From assembly GCA_041492185.1 (NCBI GenBank), contig JBGPWL010000010.1, forward strand, positions 10,117-74,116: a stretch of 64,000 nucleotides of DNA, in the 5' to 3' direction. This stretch comes from Pyrinomonadaceae bacterium. GTDB lineage: Bacteria > Acidobacteriota > Blastocatellia > Pyrinomonadales > Pyrinomonadaceae. This document shows, piece after piece, positions 1 to 9,344 of the stretch. The notes beneath the pieces were generated by a model. It searched no databases. It was given only the letters and a program-made list of their open reading frames with translations, and was not told the origin of the DNA. Within the stretch, counting starts at the first letter, position 1. Every line of letters begins with the position of its first letter. The translations under genes were made by a program, and so were the position numbers.

Positions 1-127
1 TTATGTTCGTTTACAAAGTTGATGCCAATACAGAACTTCGTTTGCTGGTCCCTCATCATGCACAACAGTTCTTTGACTTGGCTTACAACCGCGCCTAAAA
101 ACTCATTCACTTCGCGAGGGCGACCCG

Positions 128-562
128 ATGACTCAAACCAAAGCAATAACGATCCGCTTCGATGCAGCCATTCCCCAATTCACAGTGCCGGACGTCGTGC
201 GGACAGCCGAATATTATCGCGACGTTCTCGGATTCCAAATAGCAGGTTACTGGGATGGAGAGAGCGTTAGCCTTGCACCAGATACTCCTCCGGTCTTTGG
301 GATCGTGTGGCGCGACAATGTTCAAGTGTTCTTCAGCCGCGCCGATCAGTCCGAAGTTCGCACGGGCCGGGCCGAAGGTGCTTATGACGCGGGCTTCCGC
401 ATCGTCGGAGTCGACGCCCTGGCGGCAGAGTTGCGCACGCGCGGCGCCAATATCCTTGATGGACCCGAGACCCGCGTTTACCAGCAGCGCGAGCTTGTGG
501 TCAGTGACTGCAATGGGTTGATCCTGTGTTTCGGGGAAGACACGAGTGGACGCGCCGCTTAG
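128..562 (+). CDS. VOC (glyoxalase/bleomycin-resistance) family protein
   Basis: 144-aa ORF; N-terminal motif FTVPDVVRTAEYYRDVLGF and overall length typical of vicinal-oxygen-chelate fold. Confidence 0.8.
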   Translation: MTQTKAITIRFDAAIPQFTVPDVVRTAEYYRDVLGFQIAGYWDGESVSLAPDTPPVFGIVWRDNVQVFFSRADQSEVRTGRAEGAYDAGFRIVGVDALAAELRTRGANILDGPETRVYQQRELVVSDCNGLILCFGEDTSGRAA

Positions 563-624
563 CCTCGTTGGATCTGATCGCGACTCGCGTTCGTCGCAAC
601 CGCTCTTTAGACCAGGGAACTACG

Positions 625-1014
625 ATGAAGGAAACAAGCAACCGATCCAACTTCACCCCTGAAGGCTGGCACACCGTTACTCCACGAATCGTGGTTCACG
701 ACGCAAAACGGCTTGTAGAGTTCCTCAGGCAAGTGTTCGGGGCAACGGGCGAATATCAGCAAGATCGTCCGGCCGTGATCACGATCGGCGATTCAATGGT
801 CATGATTAGCGATGCCGGAATTCGTAACCCGATAAGCGCCTTTCTGTACGTCTATGTCAGCGACACCGACGCAACGTATCGACGCGCCCTCGACAGCGGT
901 GCGTGCATTCTCGAAGAGCCGTTCGACACGCCGTACGGAGACCGTCGTTGCATGGTGGAAGACCAGTGGGGTAACACCTGGCAAATCGCTACACCTATGG
1001 GAGATCGCGATTAG
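625..1014 (+). CDS. VOC/glyoxalase family protein (PhnB-like)
   Basis: ORF 526..1014 trimmed to the internal ATG at 625 (MKETSNRS...); C-terminal YGDRRCMVEDQWGNTWQIA motif typical of this family. Confidence 0.75.
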   Translation: MKETSNRSNFTPEGWHTVTPRIVVHDAKRLVEFLRQVFGATGEYQQDRPAVITIGDSMVMISDAGIRNPISAFLYVYVSDTDATYRRALDSGACILEEPFDTPYGDRRCMVEDQWGNTWQIATPMGDRD

Positions 1015-1153
1015 CTAACATATCAACTCGGATGGCGTGTCGTGTCCTAAATCGAAAGGCAAAGAGGACACCACTGGATGGCGTGTGTACTTGTTCGATT
1101 TTCTGAATCACTATAGGGAGTGACTGAAAAGCATCGCGCGGCATTGATAACTG

Positions 1154-2131
1154 TTAGCCTTCTCCCGCTTCCTTTTCCCACCCCACCAATAACAGATACG
1201 AATACAACGCCACGCCGGTGAGTGCCGCGATGCTGTATTTGATCAAAGGATTGATCGGCGCGGGCGAGATGAAACCCTCGATGACGCCGGCGATAAAGAG
1301 CAGGACCGCCACTCCCAGCATCAAACGAACAGCCTGAAGCCCACGAGACTTGAGCGCGTCGGCGCGCGACAGATCTCCCGGCATCAGCATCGCAGTGCCA
1401 ATCAGCAGCCCTGCTCCTCCGCCAATGAAAATACAGGACAGTTCGATGACGCCGTGGCCTGCCATGAACGTCACGAGGTCATTGCCGAATCCGGCTCGAT
1501 AGGTCAGGGCGAGCACCGATGCGATGTTCGCGCCAAAGCGGGCCAGATAGAAAAGCGTGCCGGCGCCGAACGTCGCGCCCAGGGCAAACACGTAAATTGT
1601 CACGCGCACGTTATTTTGGATTATGAAACTCGAGCCCAACTGGTTTTCTTTGTTCAGTTCCTCCCACCAGTGCGTTTTCGTCTCGATGTAACGCTCGCGG
1701 AAGGCCGGGTCCACACCGGCCAACTCCGAGAATTCCGGATCGTGACTGGTGCCGACGAATCCGATCAGGCCAAACACCAAAAAGACGCCGAACGACACCG
1801 CGGTATAACGCCACGTCTCACGAAACGTCCGCGGAAAATCATGAGTAAAGAACCTGATGATGCGTCGCCACCCGTGCGCTTCGGCGCGGTAGATGCGGCC
1901 GTGCGCGCGAATCACCAGGCTGTTGAGATAATTGATCAGTCGCGGGTCACGCGATTCGGCGCGCGCTATAGCCAGGTCCGACGCCGTGCGGCGATAGATG
2001 CGCCCCAATTCGCGCACTTCTTCCCGCTGGAGTTTCCTAAGCGCAGTGCGATCGATGATTGAAAGCAGATCTTCGAGTCGCTGCCAGGCGCTCTTGCGTT
2101 CGTCTATGAAACGGTTATGAGCCATTGTCAA
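1154..2131 (-). CDS. SpoIIM-like (DUF95) integral membrane protein
   Basis: 325 aa; soluble N-terminal helical region (RLEDLL...RIYRRTASDLAIAR) followed by about 5 TM segments, as in stage II sporulation protein M family. Confidence 0.7.
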   Translation of the reverse strand: MTMAHNRFIDERKSAWQRLEDLLSIIDRTALRKLQREEVRELGRIYRRTASDLAIARAESRDPRLINYLNSLVIRAHGRIYRAEAHGWRRIIRFFTHDFPRTFRETWRYTAVSFGVFLVFGLIGFVGTSHDPEFSELAGVDPAFRERYIETKTHWWEELNKENQLGSSFIIQNNVRVTIYVFALGATFGAGTLFYLARFGANIASVLALTYRAGFGNDLVTFMAGHGVIELSCIFIGGGAGLLIGTAMLMPGDLSRADALKSRGLQAVRLMLGVAVLLFIAGVIEGFISPAPINPLIKYSIAALTGVALYSYLLLVGWEKEAGEG

Positions 2132-2146
2132 TTGCTGATCCGACTC

Positions 2147-2276
2147 TGTACTTGGTACTTTGTGCTTGGTACTTTGCGGTTAGTAGTCGTTAGTCTCCAA
2201 GGCTGAGAATAGAGAACAAAGAACAAAGTTCCAAGTTCAAAGTACAAAATCGGCAATCGGAAATCGCAAATCGGCA
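2147..2276. repeat. heptamer-repeat hairpin (CTTKGNN / CAAAGNN arms) followed by an AATCGSM x4 tandem array
   Basis: Arms 2147..2176 and 2217..2246 are imperfectly complementary; tandem aatcggc aatcgga aatcgca aatcggc abuts ATG 2277. Confidence 0.6.
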
Positions 2277-3185
2277 ATGTTAGTTGAGTGTGTACCAAAC
2301 TTTAGCGAAGGTCGCAAGACGGAAACGATCGCGCGACTGACCGAAGGGATTGAATCCGTCGAATCGGCGATGGTGCTGGATACGCACGTGGACGCCGATC
2401 ACAATCGTTCGGTCATTACTTTCGTCGCGTCGCCGGAGCAGGTGGTTGAGGCTGCGTTTCGCGCGGTCGCCACGGCGACAAAGCTGATCGATCTTCGTCA
2501 GCACACGGGAGCGCATCCGCGTATCGGCGCCACTGATGTCTTGCCCTTTGTTCCCGTGCGCGGAGTGACGATGAATCACTGCGTCGCGTTGGCGCACGCA
2601 GCCGGCGAACGCATCGCGCGCGAGCTTTCAATTCCCGTTTACTTTTACGAGCGCGCGGCGCTTCGTCCGGAGCGAACCAACCTGGCCAACGTTCGCAGCG
2701 GCGGTTTTGAGGAACTACGTGAGCAAATCTCCAATAATCTTAAGCGCGCGCCCGATTTGGGTCCGCTGAGCGTGCACGAAACCGCCGGAGCAATCGCCGT
2801 CGGCGCGCGCCCGTTCCTGATTGCTTTCAACATAAATCTTCGCACCAGCGATATTTCAGTTGCCCGAAAGATTGCGCGCGCAGTCAGGGCGCGCGACGGC
2901 GGGCTGCCCTGCGTGAAGGCGCTGGGCTTTGAACTGAAGTCGCGCGGGCTGGTGCAGGTGTCGATGAACCTGGTCGACTATGAAACCACCGGCATCAGTG
3001 AGGCTTACGATGCGGTTCGCAAACAAGCAGAGTCGTTCGGAGTAGAAATTGCAGGAGCGGAGATAGTGGGTTTGGTGCCTCAGGCTGCTCTCGACACGAG
3101 CGCTCCTTATTACCTGAAGCTCGAAAACTTCGCCGAAGATGCGATTATCGAGACGCGCCTGCGGGAACGCTTTGCGCGCGGTTGA
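2277..3185 (+). CDS. glutamate formimidoyltransferase
   Basis: 302 aa starting MLVECVPNFSEGR, the hallmark N-terminus of the formiminotransferase domain (FtcD N-terminal domain). Confidence 0.85.
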   Translation: MLVECVPNFSEGRKTETIARLTEGIESVESAMVLDTHVDADHNRSVITFVASPEQVVEAAFRAVATATKLIDLRQHTGAHPRIGATDVLPFVPVRGVTMNHCVALAHAAGERIARELSIPVYFYERAALRPERTNLANVRSGGFEELREQISNNLKRAPDLGPLSVHETAGAIAVGARPFLIAFNINLRTSDISVARKIARAVRARDGGLPCVKALGFELKSRGLVQVSMNLVDYETTGISEAYDAVRKQAESFGVEIAGAEIVGLVPQAALDTSAPYYLKLENFAEDAIIETRLRERFARG

Positions 3186-3268
3186 CGTTTCCAATCCTCC
3201 TCAGCTCGCGGTACACTTCTGCTAACCCCCCGCCATTGAAAACCAACAAGCTGGAAAGGAGTTGTGTT

Positions 3269-3763
3269 ATGCCAGCGACAAAGTTAAAGGAGTTTCTCGA
3301 TAGTCAGAACATCAAATACGTTACCATCAGCCACTCGTCAGCCTTCACCGCCCAGGAGGTAGCGGCGTCAGCGCACATCCCCGGTAAGGAGTTGGCGAAG
3401 ACGGTGGTGATCAAGTTTGGCGGCAAGCTAGCCATGGCCGTTCTGCCCGCTTCTTATAGAGTTGATCTCGAGCTGCTGAAACAAGTGACCGGCGCGCCGG
3501 ATGCCGACGTAGCGAGCGAACAGGAATTCAAAGGACTGTTTCCTGAATGCGAAACCGGCGCGATGCCGCCGTTCGGGAATCTTTATCAGATGGACGTCTT
3601 CGTGGACCAGCGCCTGAGAGAGGACGAGTCAATTGCTTTCAACGCAGGCTCACACACGGAGTTGATCAGGATGTCCTACAGAGATTTCGAGCGGCTGGTT
3701 AATCCGATCACCCTCAGATTCTCCGCCAGCCCGCACGTTGAGGCCAGAGTCTCCGGGGCATGA
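3269..3763 (+). CDS. YbaK/ProX-type aminoacyl-tRNA deacylase domain protein
   Basis: ORF 3182..3763 trimmed to ATG 3269; KTVVIK...AMAVLP...GAMPPFGN motifs typical of the YbaK/prolyl-tRNA editing domain. Confidence 0.7.
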   Translation: MPATKLKEFLDSQNIKYVTISHSSAFTAQEVAASAHIPGKELAKTVVIKFGGKLAMAVLPASYRVDLELLKQVTGAPDADVASEQEFKGLFPECETGAMPPFGNLYQMDVFVDQRLREDESIAFNAGSHTELIRMSYRDFERLVNPITLRFSASPHVEARVSGA

Positions 3764-3792
3764 CGCTTTGCGGACGTTTTGGAATATCGCGT

Positions 3793-5565
3793 TTACGATC
3801 CGAGCTTGATCACTTCGGCGCGGAGTCGAGCGTGACGCTGCATCAACCGTAAATACGTTGATTCATCCGCTCCTGCCTTGGCGCGAATGATTCGCACTAC
3901 GTCGCGCTTCTCGTCCCCGTTCCAGCGATTGAGATTAGGAATTAGCGCAAGGACCGAAGACAGATCGCGCAGCGCGCACAATTCTGACTGCTTCCAATCA
4001 GTTGCCCGCAAACCAAGCGCGCGACTCACCGTCCTGACCGAATCGCTGCGAATACTCTCTGCGTCGCCGGAAAACTCTTTCGCCATGCGCCGCTGGACCG
4101 CGAGACCCAGATTGCGCACCTGGAAACGATCCCAATCACCAGACTGCCTTTCGGGCAACTCGAATATCAGGTGACCTTCGGCAAGCTGGCGAAGAACTCT
4201 TGCTGAGGTGCGATACGCGGGGCGCGTCGCAATTTTTTTCTCTTCGTCGAGTGCAAGCTTCAGTAATTTCGGCTTCGTCGGTCGGAAACCAAGTTTGCGA
4301 TAGAACCAAAACGCGCCCGACTCGATTCCTTCTTCGTTCTCGTAGCCGATCTGGTACGGGTCGATCGTGAAAACCGTTACGCCAAGCAGACGGCGCAGGA
4401 TCGCCAGCGTCCGCGCGTAGATCCACGCGGTTTCACCTTCGCGGAAGCTGTAATAAAAATTGAACCCGCTCTCCAGGCGCTCGAAGATCGAAAGGCCTTC
4501 GAAGTAGCCGACCGGCACGCCATTCTTGAAAATGATCGCGGCGTGATAAGCGCGTAACGGCAAGCGCTGGTTCGGCGGCACGCCCATAAAAAACAGCTCC
4601 ACGCCGCGGCCAATGCTGGCGCGCAAAACTCGAGCGGGATCTCCGTGAGTGAAGCCGTAAAGCTCGCGATAACGAACAGTCGAAGTTTCGCGTGTCATGT
4701 CGAGAATACGCTTGCCTTGACCACGTGAGAGTTTCTTCAGTGGTGGCGTTGATGCTCGCAACTCATTAACAAGTGAAACATCTTTGCGGCGAATGAGCGG
4801 CTGCCGGTGATAAAAAATATTTCGCACCGGCAATCGCATGCCCGTGCGCGTTGCACGAAAGTCGGGCGTCCAGCGCACATAGAGTTGCTGCGATTCGTAA
4901 AGCTCGGCCTTCCCTTTTTCCGTCCCTGGCAACAATGCGAACCTGTCGATCAACCACGGAAGATCGCGCGCCTGACGCCCCTTTGCTTCATGCAGCCACT
5001 TCAAATAAGGCACGTTCGCTTCAACCGCAGCGTCCTCTTCGAGCAAAGGCAAGAACCTGGGCCACGTTGCCGCCAGACGATTCTCATCTTCAAACCAGTC
5101 CCAGTCGAAAGACACTTGGGTCGGGTGCTTATCCAACAGCCAGCGGACGATGTTGTAGGTGAAAGTGTCGGTGACTGAAGTTCCTGTTACGCCGGAGACT
5201 TCCGGATCGTCAAACGGGGAGAGGTCTGCGTCTTGCGCGCGCAGCAAGCGGACTCGCTCCGCGAAAGACGAGAGTTGCGATTCCGCGAGGCGAACTATTT
5301 GTGCACTCTGCGGGTACGCGCGCAGAAAAAGGAGAATTTCGTGAAAGCGAACCAGCGATTCAGCATCTTTGATCTTCAGCTTTGACAGACGAGTGAGTGT
5401 TCGTTCGACGGTTTCGCGCCCGCTGCCGCCGAATTGGCGTTTGGCTTCGTCAAGTTGGTCAAGAAGCTGATTGATTGTATTGGATGGCACGTGTAGATGA
5501 TCTGTCCTGATGCTCTGTGCCTCTGTGTCTCTGTGGCAAATGCTTCGGGCACGACGACGACTCAC
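3793..5565 (-). CDS. conserved hypothetical protein with GNAT-like segment
   Basis: 590-aa ORF; ...GAFWFYRKLGFRP resembles the GNAT acyl-CoA binding motif; the first ~25 codons lie in a CACAGAG repeat, so the true start may be GTG at 5490. Confidence 0.6.
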   Translation of the reverse strand: MSRRRARSICHRDTEAQSIRTDHLHVPSNTINQLLDQLDEAKRQFGGSGRETVERTLTRLSKLKIKDAESLVRFHEILLFLRAYPQSAQIVRLAESQLSSFAERVRLLRAQDADLSPFDDPEVSGVTGTSVTDTFTYNIVRWLLDKHPTQVSFDWDWFEDENRLAATWPRFLPLLEEDAAVEANVPYLKWLHEAKGRQARDLPWLIDRFALLPGTEKGKAELYESQQLYVRWTPDFRATRTGMRLPVRNIFYHRQPLIRRKDVSLVNELRASTPPLKKLSRGQGKRILDMTRETSTVRYRELYGFTHGDPARVLRASIGRGVELFFMGVPPNQRLPLRAYHAAIIFKNGVPVGYFEGLSIFERLESGFNFYYSFREGETAWIYARTLAILRRLLGVTVFTIDPYQIGYENEEGIESGAFWFYRKLGFRPTKPKLLKLALDEEKKIATRPAYRTSARVLRQLAEGHLIFELPERQSGDWDRFQVRNLGLAVQRRMAKEFSGDAESIRSDSVRTVSRALGLRATDWKQSELCALRDLSSVLALIPNLNRWNGDEKRDVVRIIRAKAGADESTYLRLMQRHARLRAEVIKLGS

Positions 5566-6584
5566 AAATGCTTACGGAAAAACGTCGCAACCTTCCAGGC
5601 ATCGAGAGCTTTCCACGGCAACTCGCCCGTGGTGTAGTGTCCGCACGGCAACCACACGACATCGAGATCCAGACCCAGCTCTCTGACATGAGCGATCACT
5701 TCGCGGGTCAACTCAATTGGAAAAGTTAGATCGTAGCGCGCGGCAATAAAGCGCATGGGCCGTCGATCCATCTCGAGCAGGCGGGGAATGAACGGCACCG
5801 GACTGATTGGCCTCCAGAACTCGCGCAGCTCGTCAACCGTCAGATGATTTTCAATCCCGGCGCGCACGTGTTGCGTCGAGATTCCCTGCCAGACCACATC
5901 GGCGACAAAGCCGGATACATGATTGAAAACGCCGACATCGATCGCTGAGTCGTGAGAGAACGCGAGAAAGGCGATGCACGATCCAATGCTCGTGCCCATG
6001 ATGCCGATACGCTCGTAGCCGTTACGATGCAACCAGCTAACGGCGGCGCGTGTGTCGAGCACTGCCTGTCGCATTGATTGAATCGTGCGGCCAATGTTTG
6101 GACTGACGAGGTGATCCGCGCGCTCAAGCTCAGGCGGCCTACGCTCTTCGTGATACGGCATCGTCAGACGCAGCGCGGAAATGCCGAGAAAGTTAAATAT
6201 GCGACACGCTTCGACGTGGCTGTCAGGTTGGGCATTCCACTGCGGCACGACGACAATCGCAGAACGCGGACGCGAGCCGCGCTTCGATTTCGCGGGAAAG
6301 TAGCGAGCGCGCGCAATGTTGTTCTCCGGCGAAGGCGTCTTGATCGTGCTTGTCCACGTAAGCTGATTCGCTTCCAATTTGAAGTCGCTGATTTCAGGCA
6401 GCGCGTAGAAAGCATCGCTGTGCAACATTGCTGCTTCGGTGTGCTGACGCAGCGCATCGCGCGGGTCGTCCCCGTTGACGTGATCGCTAATGAAGGAGAG
6501 CCCCCATTCGAAGGGGCGCACGACGCGGTTATTGTCCCGTTCGTGATGGGCGCGTTCGCGCGCGTGCATGAATGCTTTCCACAA
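5562..6584 (-). CDS. alpha/beta hydrolase
   Basis: 340 aa; nucleophile elbow G-T-S-I-G (IGIMGTSIGSCIA); late His in WLPCGHY. Confidence 0.75.
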   Translation of the reverse strand: MWKAFMHARERAHHERDNNRVVRPFEWGLSFISDHVNGDDPRDALRQHTEAAMLHSDAFYALPEISDFKLEANQLTWTSTIKTPSPENNIARARYFPAKSKRGSRPRSAIVVVPQWNAQPDSHVEACRIFNFLGISALRLTMPYHEERRPPELERADHLVSPNIGRTIQSMRQAVLDTRAAVSWLHRNGYERIGIMGTSIGSCIAFLAFSHDSAIDVGVFNHVSGFVADVVWQGISTQHVRAGIENHLTVDELREFWRPISPVPFIPRLLEMDRRPMRFIAARYDLTFPIELTREVIAHVRELGLDLDVVWLPCGHYTTGELPWKALDAWKVATFFRKHL

Positions 6585-6686
6585 ATTCGCTGTCCTCTTT
6601 CAAAAGAACCGGATTGCCGGAGGTAGGAATCCTAGAATAGATCGGGCAGGAAAGTAAAAGCTGCGCAAAATTTGGTGCGGGTTCAG

Positions 6687-6758
6687 TTTGAAAAGTGGCA
6701 CGGGCGTCCCGTGAATCACGCGCAAGATGCGCGTGCTACAAGCGGACTTAACCAGCAC
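6687..6758 (+). repeat. dispersed ~72-nt double-hairpin repeat, copy 1
   Basis: tttgaaaagtggcacgggcgtcccgtgaatcacgcgcaagatgcgcgtgctacaagcggacttaaccagcac; near-identical to the reverse complement of 39534..39609. Confidence 0.7.
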
Positions 6759-6915
6759 TCAAAATTTTCGAGCCCGCGAAGCGGACGGCAGAGGTTTCGA
6801 GAACGACTCCACCCCTACCGTTCGTTTCGCGGGCCCAGGCATTTCTGCCTCGTGACTCAAGCTATCCGGGAGCCAACCAGTTCGGCCAGTTAACTCCCTT
6901 CAAGTGGTTCGCCGA

Positions 6916-9189
6916 TTATCTCAGCGTCCGGGCCGTGGCAATATTCGAGTAAGCCGAGTTTCCGACGGCATTGAATGCGCGCACACGGTAGCGATATCTC
7001 GTGTTGCGGGCAAGTCCAGTGTTGTTGAAGGTGGTGACATTCGCGCCAACTTGAGCAATCTGCGCAAAGTTGGTGCAACTGCCGCCCTGGCAACGCTCGA
7101 TGTTAAAGCCGTCCTCATTATTCGAGTTGTCGGTCCAACTCAAATTAATTTGACTGATGGATACAGCCGTCGCCGTTAGATTGCTCGGAGCGGCTGGTAC
7201 CGTCTGAGTGGCTTGCGTAGTTGCCTCCGCAGTATTGGAATACCCTGAATCGCCGCCGCCGTTAGTGGCGCGCACGCGATAGCCATAGGTCGTGCTCGCT
7301 GTCAGCCCCGTATTGCTGTAGGTGGTGACATTCGCTCCGACTTGAGCAATCTCCGCAAAGTTTGAGCAACCGGCATTCTGACAACGCTCAATCTTGAACC
7401 CAGTCTCGTCAGTGGAATTATCCGTCCAGGCAAGATTGATCTGGCTGCTGGAAACAGCCGTTGCTGTCAGATTGCTCGGAGCATTCGGTGGTGGAGGCGG
7501 TGGCCCGCCACAACCCAGGAACTTGAACGAGCCGATGCGCGTGTGCCAGTTGAAGCTGCCATTTGAAGGTATGTACTCCTGCGTGTACCAGAAGGTGCAG
7601 TCGTCAACCGGGTCAATGGTCAGATCGCTGTAGTCTCCCCAACGGGTGAGCGTACCGGTTTGGCTTCCCGCGCCGGAAAAGAGCGTTGTTTCACCCTGAG
7701 TCAGCATGTTTACCGGGTCGGTAAAGAGCCGCCCAGCGTAACGGATCTGCGGATTGATCGATGCGCTCGACGCGCTATAACCGACGGCCAGATTTCCCTG
7801 CTGGTCCATCGCCGCACTGCCCATCCAGCGCCAGGTCGTGTCGGGTTGGTAAGTGCTCTCCTGGAATTTCGTCACCGGTCCTGAAGTCACGTTGCGCAGC
7901 TCGAACCAGCGTACCCCGGCCACGCCGCCCGAACTCACGGTGTAGTTCCCTACGACGGCTTCGTGGTCACCGAAGTTGCGATATGCCAAACGAAACATTA
8001 ACCGGTCGCCAATCCCGTCCACCCGGTTGGTCGTGCCCAATTGGGGCACACAACTGCGGGTGGCGGCGCACAGCAACGAAAAGCCTGCTGCGGCAGGGCT
8101 GGAGAAAAGCGTAAACGTCGAGTTCGCCGGCGTGACGAAGTCAACGTGGAAATGGAAAACCCGGTAGGCGCCGGTGCTCGGAAATTCCACGAACGTGGCC
8201 GGAGCACCCGCCGGTGGAAGAATCGAGCCGTCAAGGTCACCGGGAAGGTAGACATCTTCGTTGGGTCCTCCCGTGACTCCAGTAGTGATGAACGTGGCCG
8301 GTAGGCCGGAGAGCATCTTCGCGCGATCGAACGCGAACGGTTGCGGGCCGAGGAAGGCCGTGCCACCCGAGTTGAATACGTTCATGCTCATGTAATAAGC
8401 ATCGGGCCACACGCTCAGGTGCGGATAGTCGAAGAAGTTGGAACCCAGGTGAAAGTCATAGCGGTTATAGCTGCCGGTGGCATTGCTGCTGGTCGACACC
8501 GCGATGCATTCGTCTGTCGGGACGCTAACGCCTGCGAACTGCGTAATCACCCAGCGGTTGTCGATTTGGTCATAGAGCACGACCGGGTCCCCGCTACCAT
8601 TGTTTTGGCAAACGCCGCCAAAGCCACTCCAGAGCGTTGTGATGCCTGCAGGACCTAACTGCGACGCGCCCGTGGTCTTATTAAAAACCTGATAGCCTTC
8701 GTTGACTATTTGAACGTACTGCGTCGCACCCACCTCGCCATTGGTGTCGGGCGGCGCGCAGTTGCACGCCACACCAGGGAAGGCGACGCCTTCAAAGTTG
8801 AGCAGAGGGCTCGGCATGTTGGGCGCCAACAATTTCAACATGAGGCTGACGCTGGAGTCTTGAACGACCGGATCAGCGGTGTCCTTATGTTTCCTGGTGG
8901 CGGGCACCTTTGGATTTTCGTTAGCCTCGCGCTCGACTTTTTTTCCTATGGGCAACTGCTTCATATCACGCAGCGGCGGCGAGGTGTCGTTGTGCACCGA
9001 TGCGCCCACGATGACGCCGCTTTTTTGATCCTGGGTCGTACGAGGTGCAGGCGCCGGGGTTACCGAAATATTTTTATCTGCAGCCGATCCTCTGGGGCGC
9101 TTGGCCTCAATGATTCGCGGAAGCAGAGTTAGGGTGGCGAGCAGCAAAGTAGCCGCAAGTATGACGATCGAACTTGTCCGCATCTTCAT
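6916..9189 (-). CDS. secreted protein with two C-terminal fibronectin type III domains
   Basis: 757 aa; N-terminal signal peptide; two tandem ~92-aa FN3 units (PSNLTATAVS..SQINL.WTDNS...GF.IERC...YRVRA.N). Confidence 0.8.
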   Translation of the reverse strand: MKMRTSSIVILAATLLLATLTLLPRIIEAKRPRGSAADKNISVTPAPAPRTTQDQKSGVIVGASVHNDTSPPLRDMKQLPIGKKVEREANENPKVPATRKHKDTADPVVQDSSVSLMLKLLAPNMPSPLLNFEGVAFPGVACNCAPPDTNGEVGATQYVQIVNEGYQVFNKTTGASQLGPAGITTLWSGFGGVCQNNGSGDPVVLYDQIDNRWVITQFAGVSVPTDECIAVSTSSNATGSYNRYDFHLGSNFFDYPHLSVWPDAYYMSMNVFNSGGTAFLGPQPFAFDRAKMLSGLPATFITTGVTGGPNEDVYLPGDLDGSILPPAGAPATFVEFPSTGAYRVFHFHVDFVTPANSTFTLFSSPAAAGFSLLCAATRSCVPQLGTTNRVDGIGDRLMFRLAYRNFGDHEAVVGNYTVSSGGVAGVRWFELRNVTSGPVTKFQESTYQPDTTWRWMGSAAMDQQGNLAVGYSASSASINPQIRYAGRLFTDPVNMLTQGETTLFSGAGSQTGTLTRWGDYSDLTIDPVDDCTFWYTQEYIPSNGSFNWHTRIGSFKFLGCGGPPPPPPNAPSNLTATAVSSSQINLAWTDNSTDETGFKIERCQNAGCSNFAEIAQVGANVTTYSNTGLTASTTYGYRVRATNGGGDSGYSNTAEATTQATQTVPAAPSNLTATAVSISQINLSWTDNSNNEDGFNIERCQGGSCTNFAQIAQVGANVTTFNNTGLARNTRYRYRVRAFNAVGNSAYSNIATARTLR

Positions 9190-9344
9190 TTATTTTTCTC
9201 CAATTCGTTCAAGTGTCGGTTAAAAGCTATCGGGAGCAAATTTTGCGCTTGTGAGTAATCTATTCTGGGTGCTGGGATGATAAGTCCGCGTCCGATTAAA
9301 GGCAAGCATTTTTTGACTGGGTGTATTTTTTGACTGTGGAAACC

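Noticed and set aside
1454-2062. 202-aa ORF antisense to the SpoIIM-like gene. Similar long antisense ORFs occur at 11183..11800, 12232..12852, 22410..23195, 28572..29159, 33423..34142, 35717..36481, 37315..38172, 42054..43142 and 55430..56203.
   Set aside because: Each lies opposite a gene with clear family motifs. Their Arg/Ala/Pro/His-rich composition is typical of antisense frames in GC-rich DNA, and no family signature was seen.
5562-5565. ATGA stop/start overlap as proof of translational coupling of the hydrolase and the 590-aa ORF
   Set aside because: The first ~25 codons after this ATG are repeat-derived (CACAGAG units), so the overlap may be fortuitous. It is kept as an alternative, not as evidence.
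6694-6712. TGGCACG within the dispersed repeat as a sigma-54 (-24/-12) promoter
   Set aside because: The required TTGC element at the correct 4-5 nt spacing is absent in both copies.
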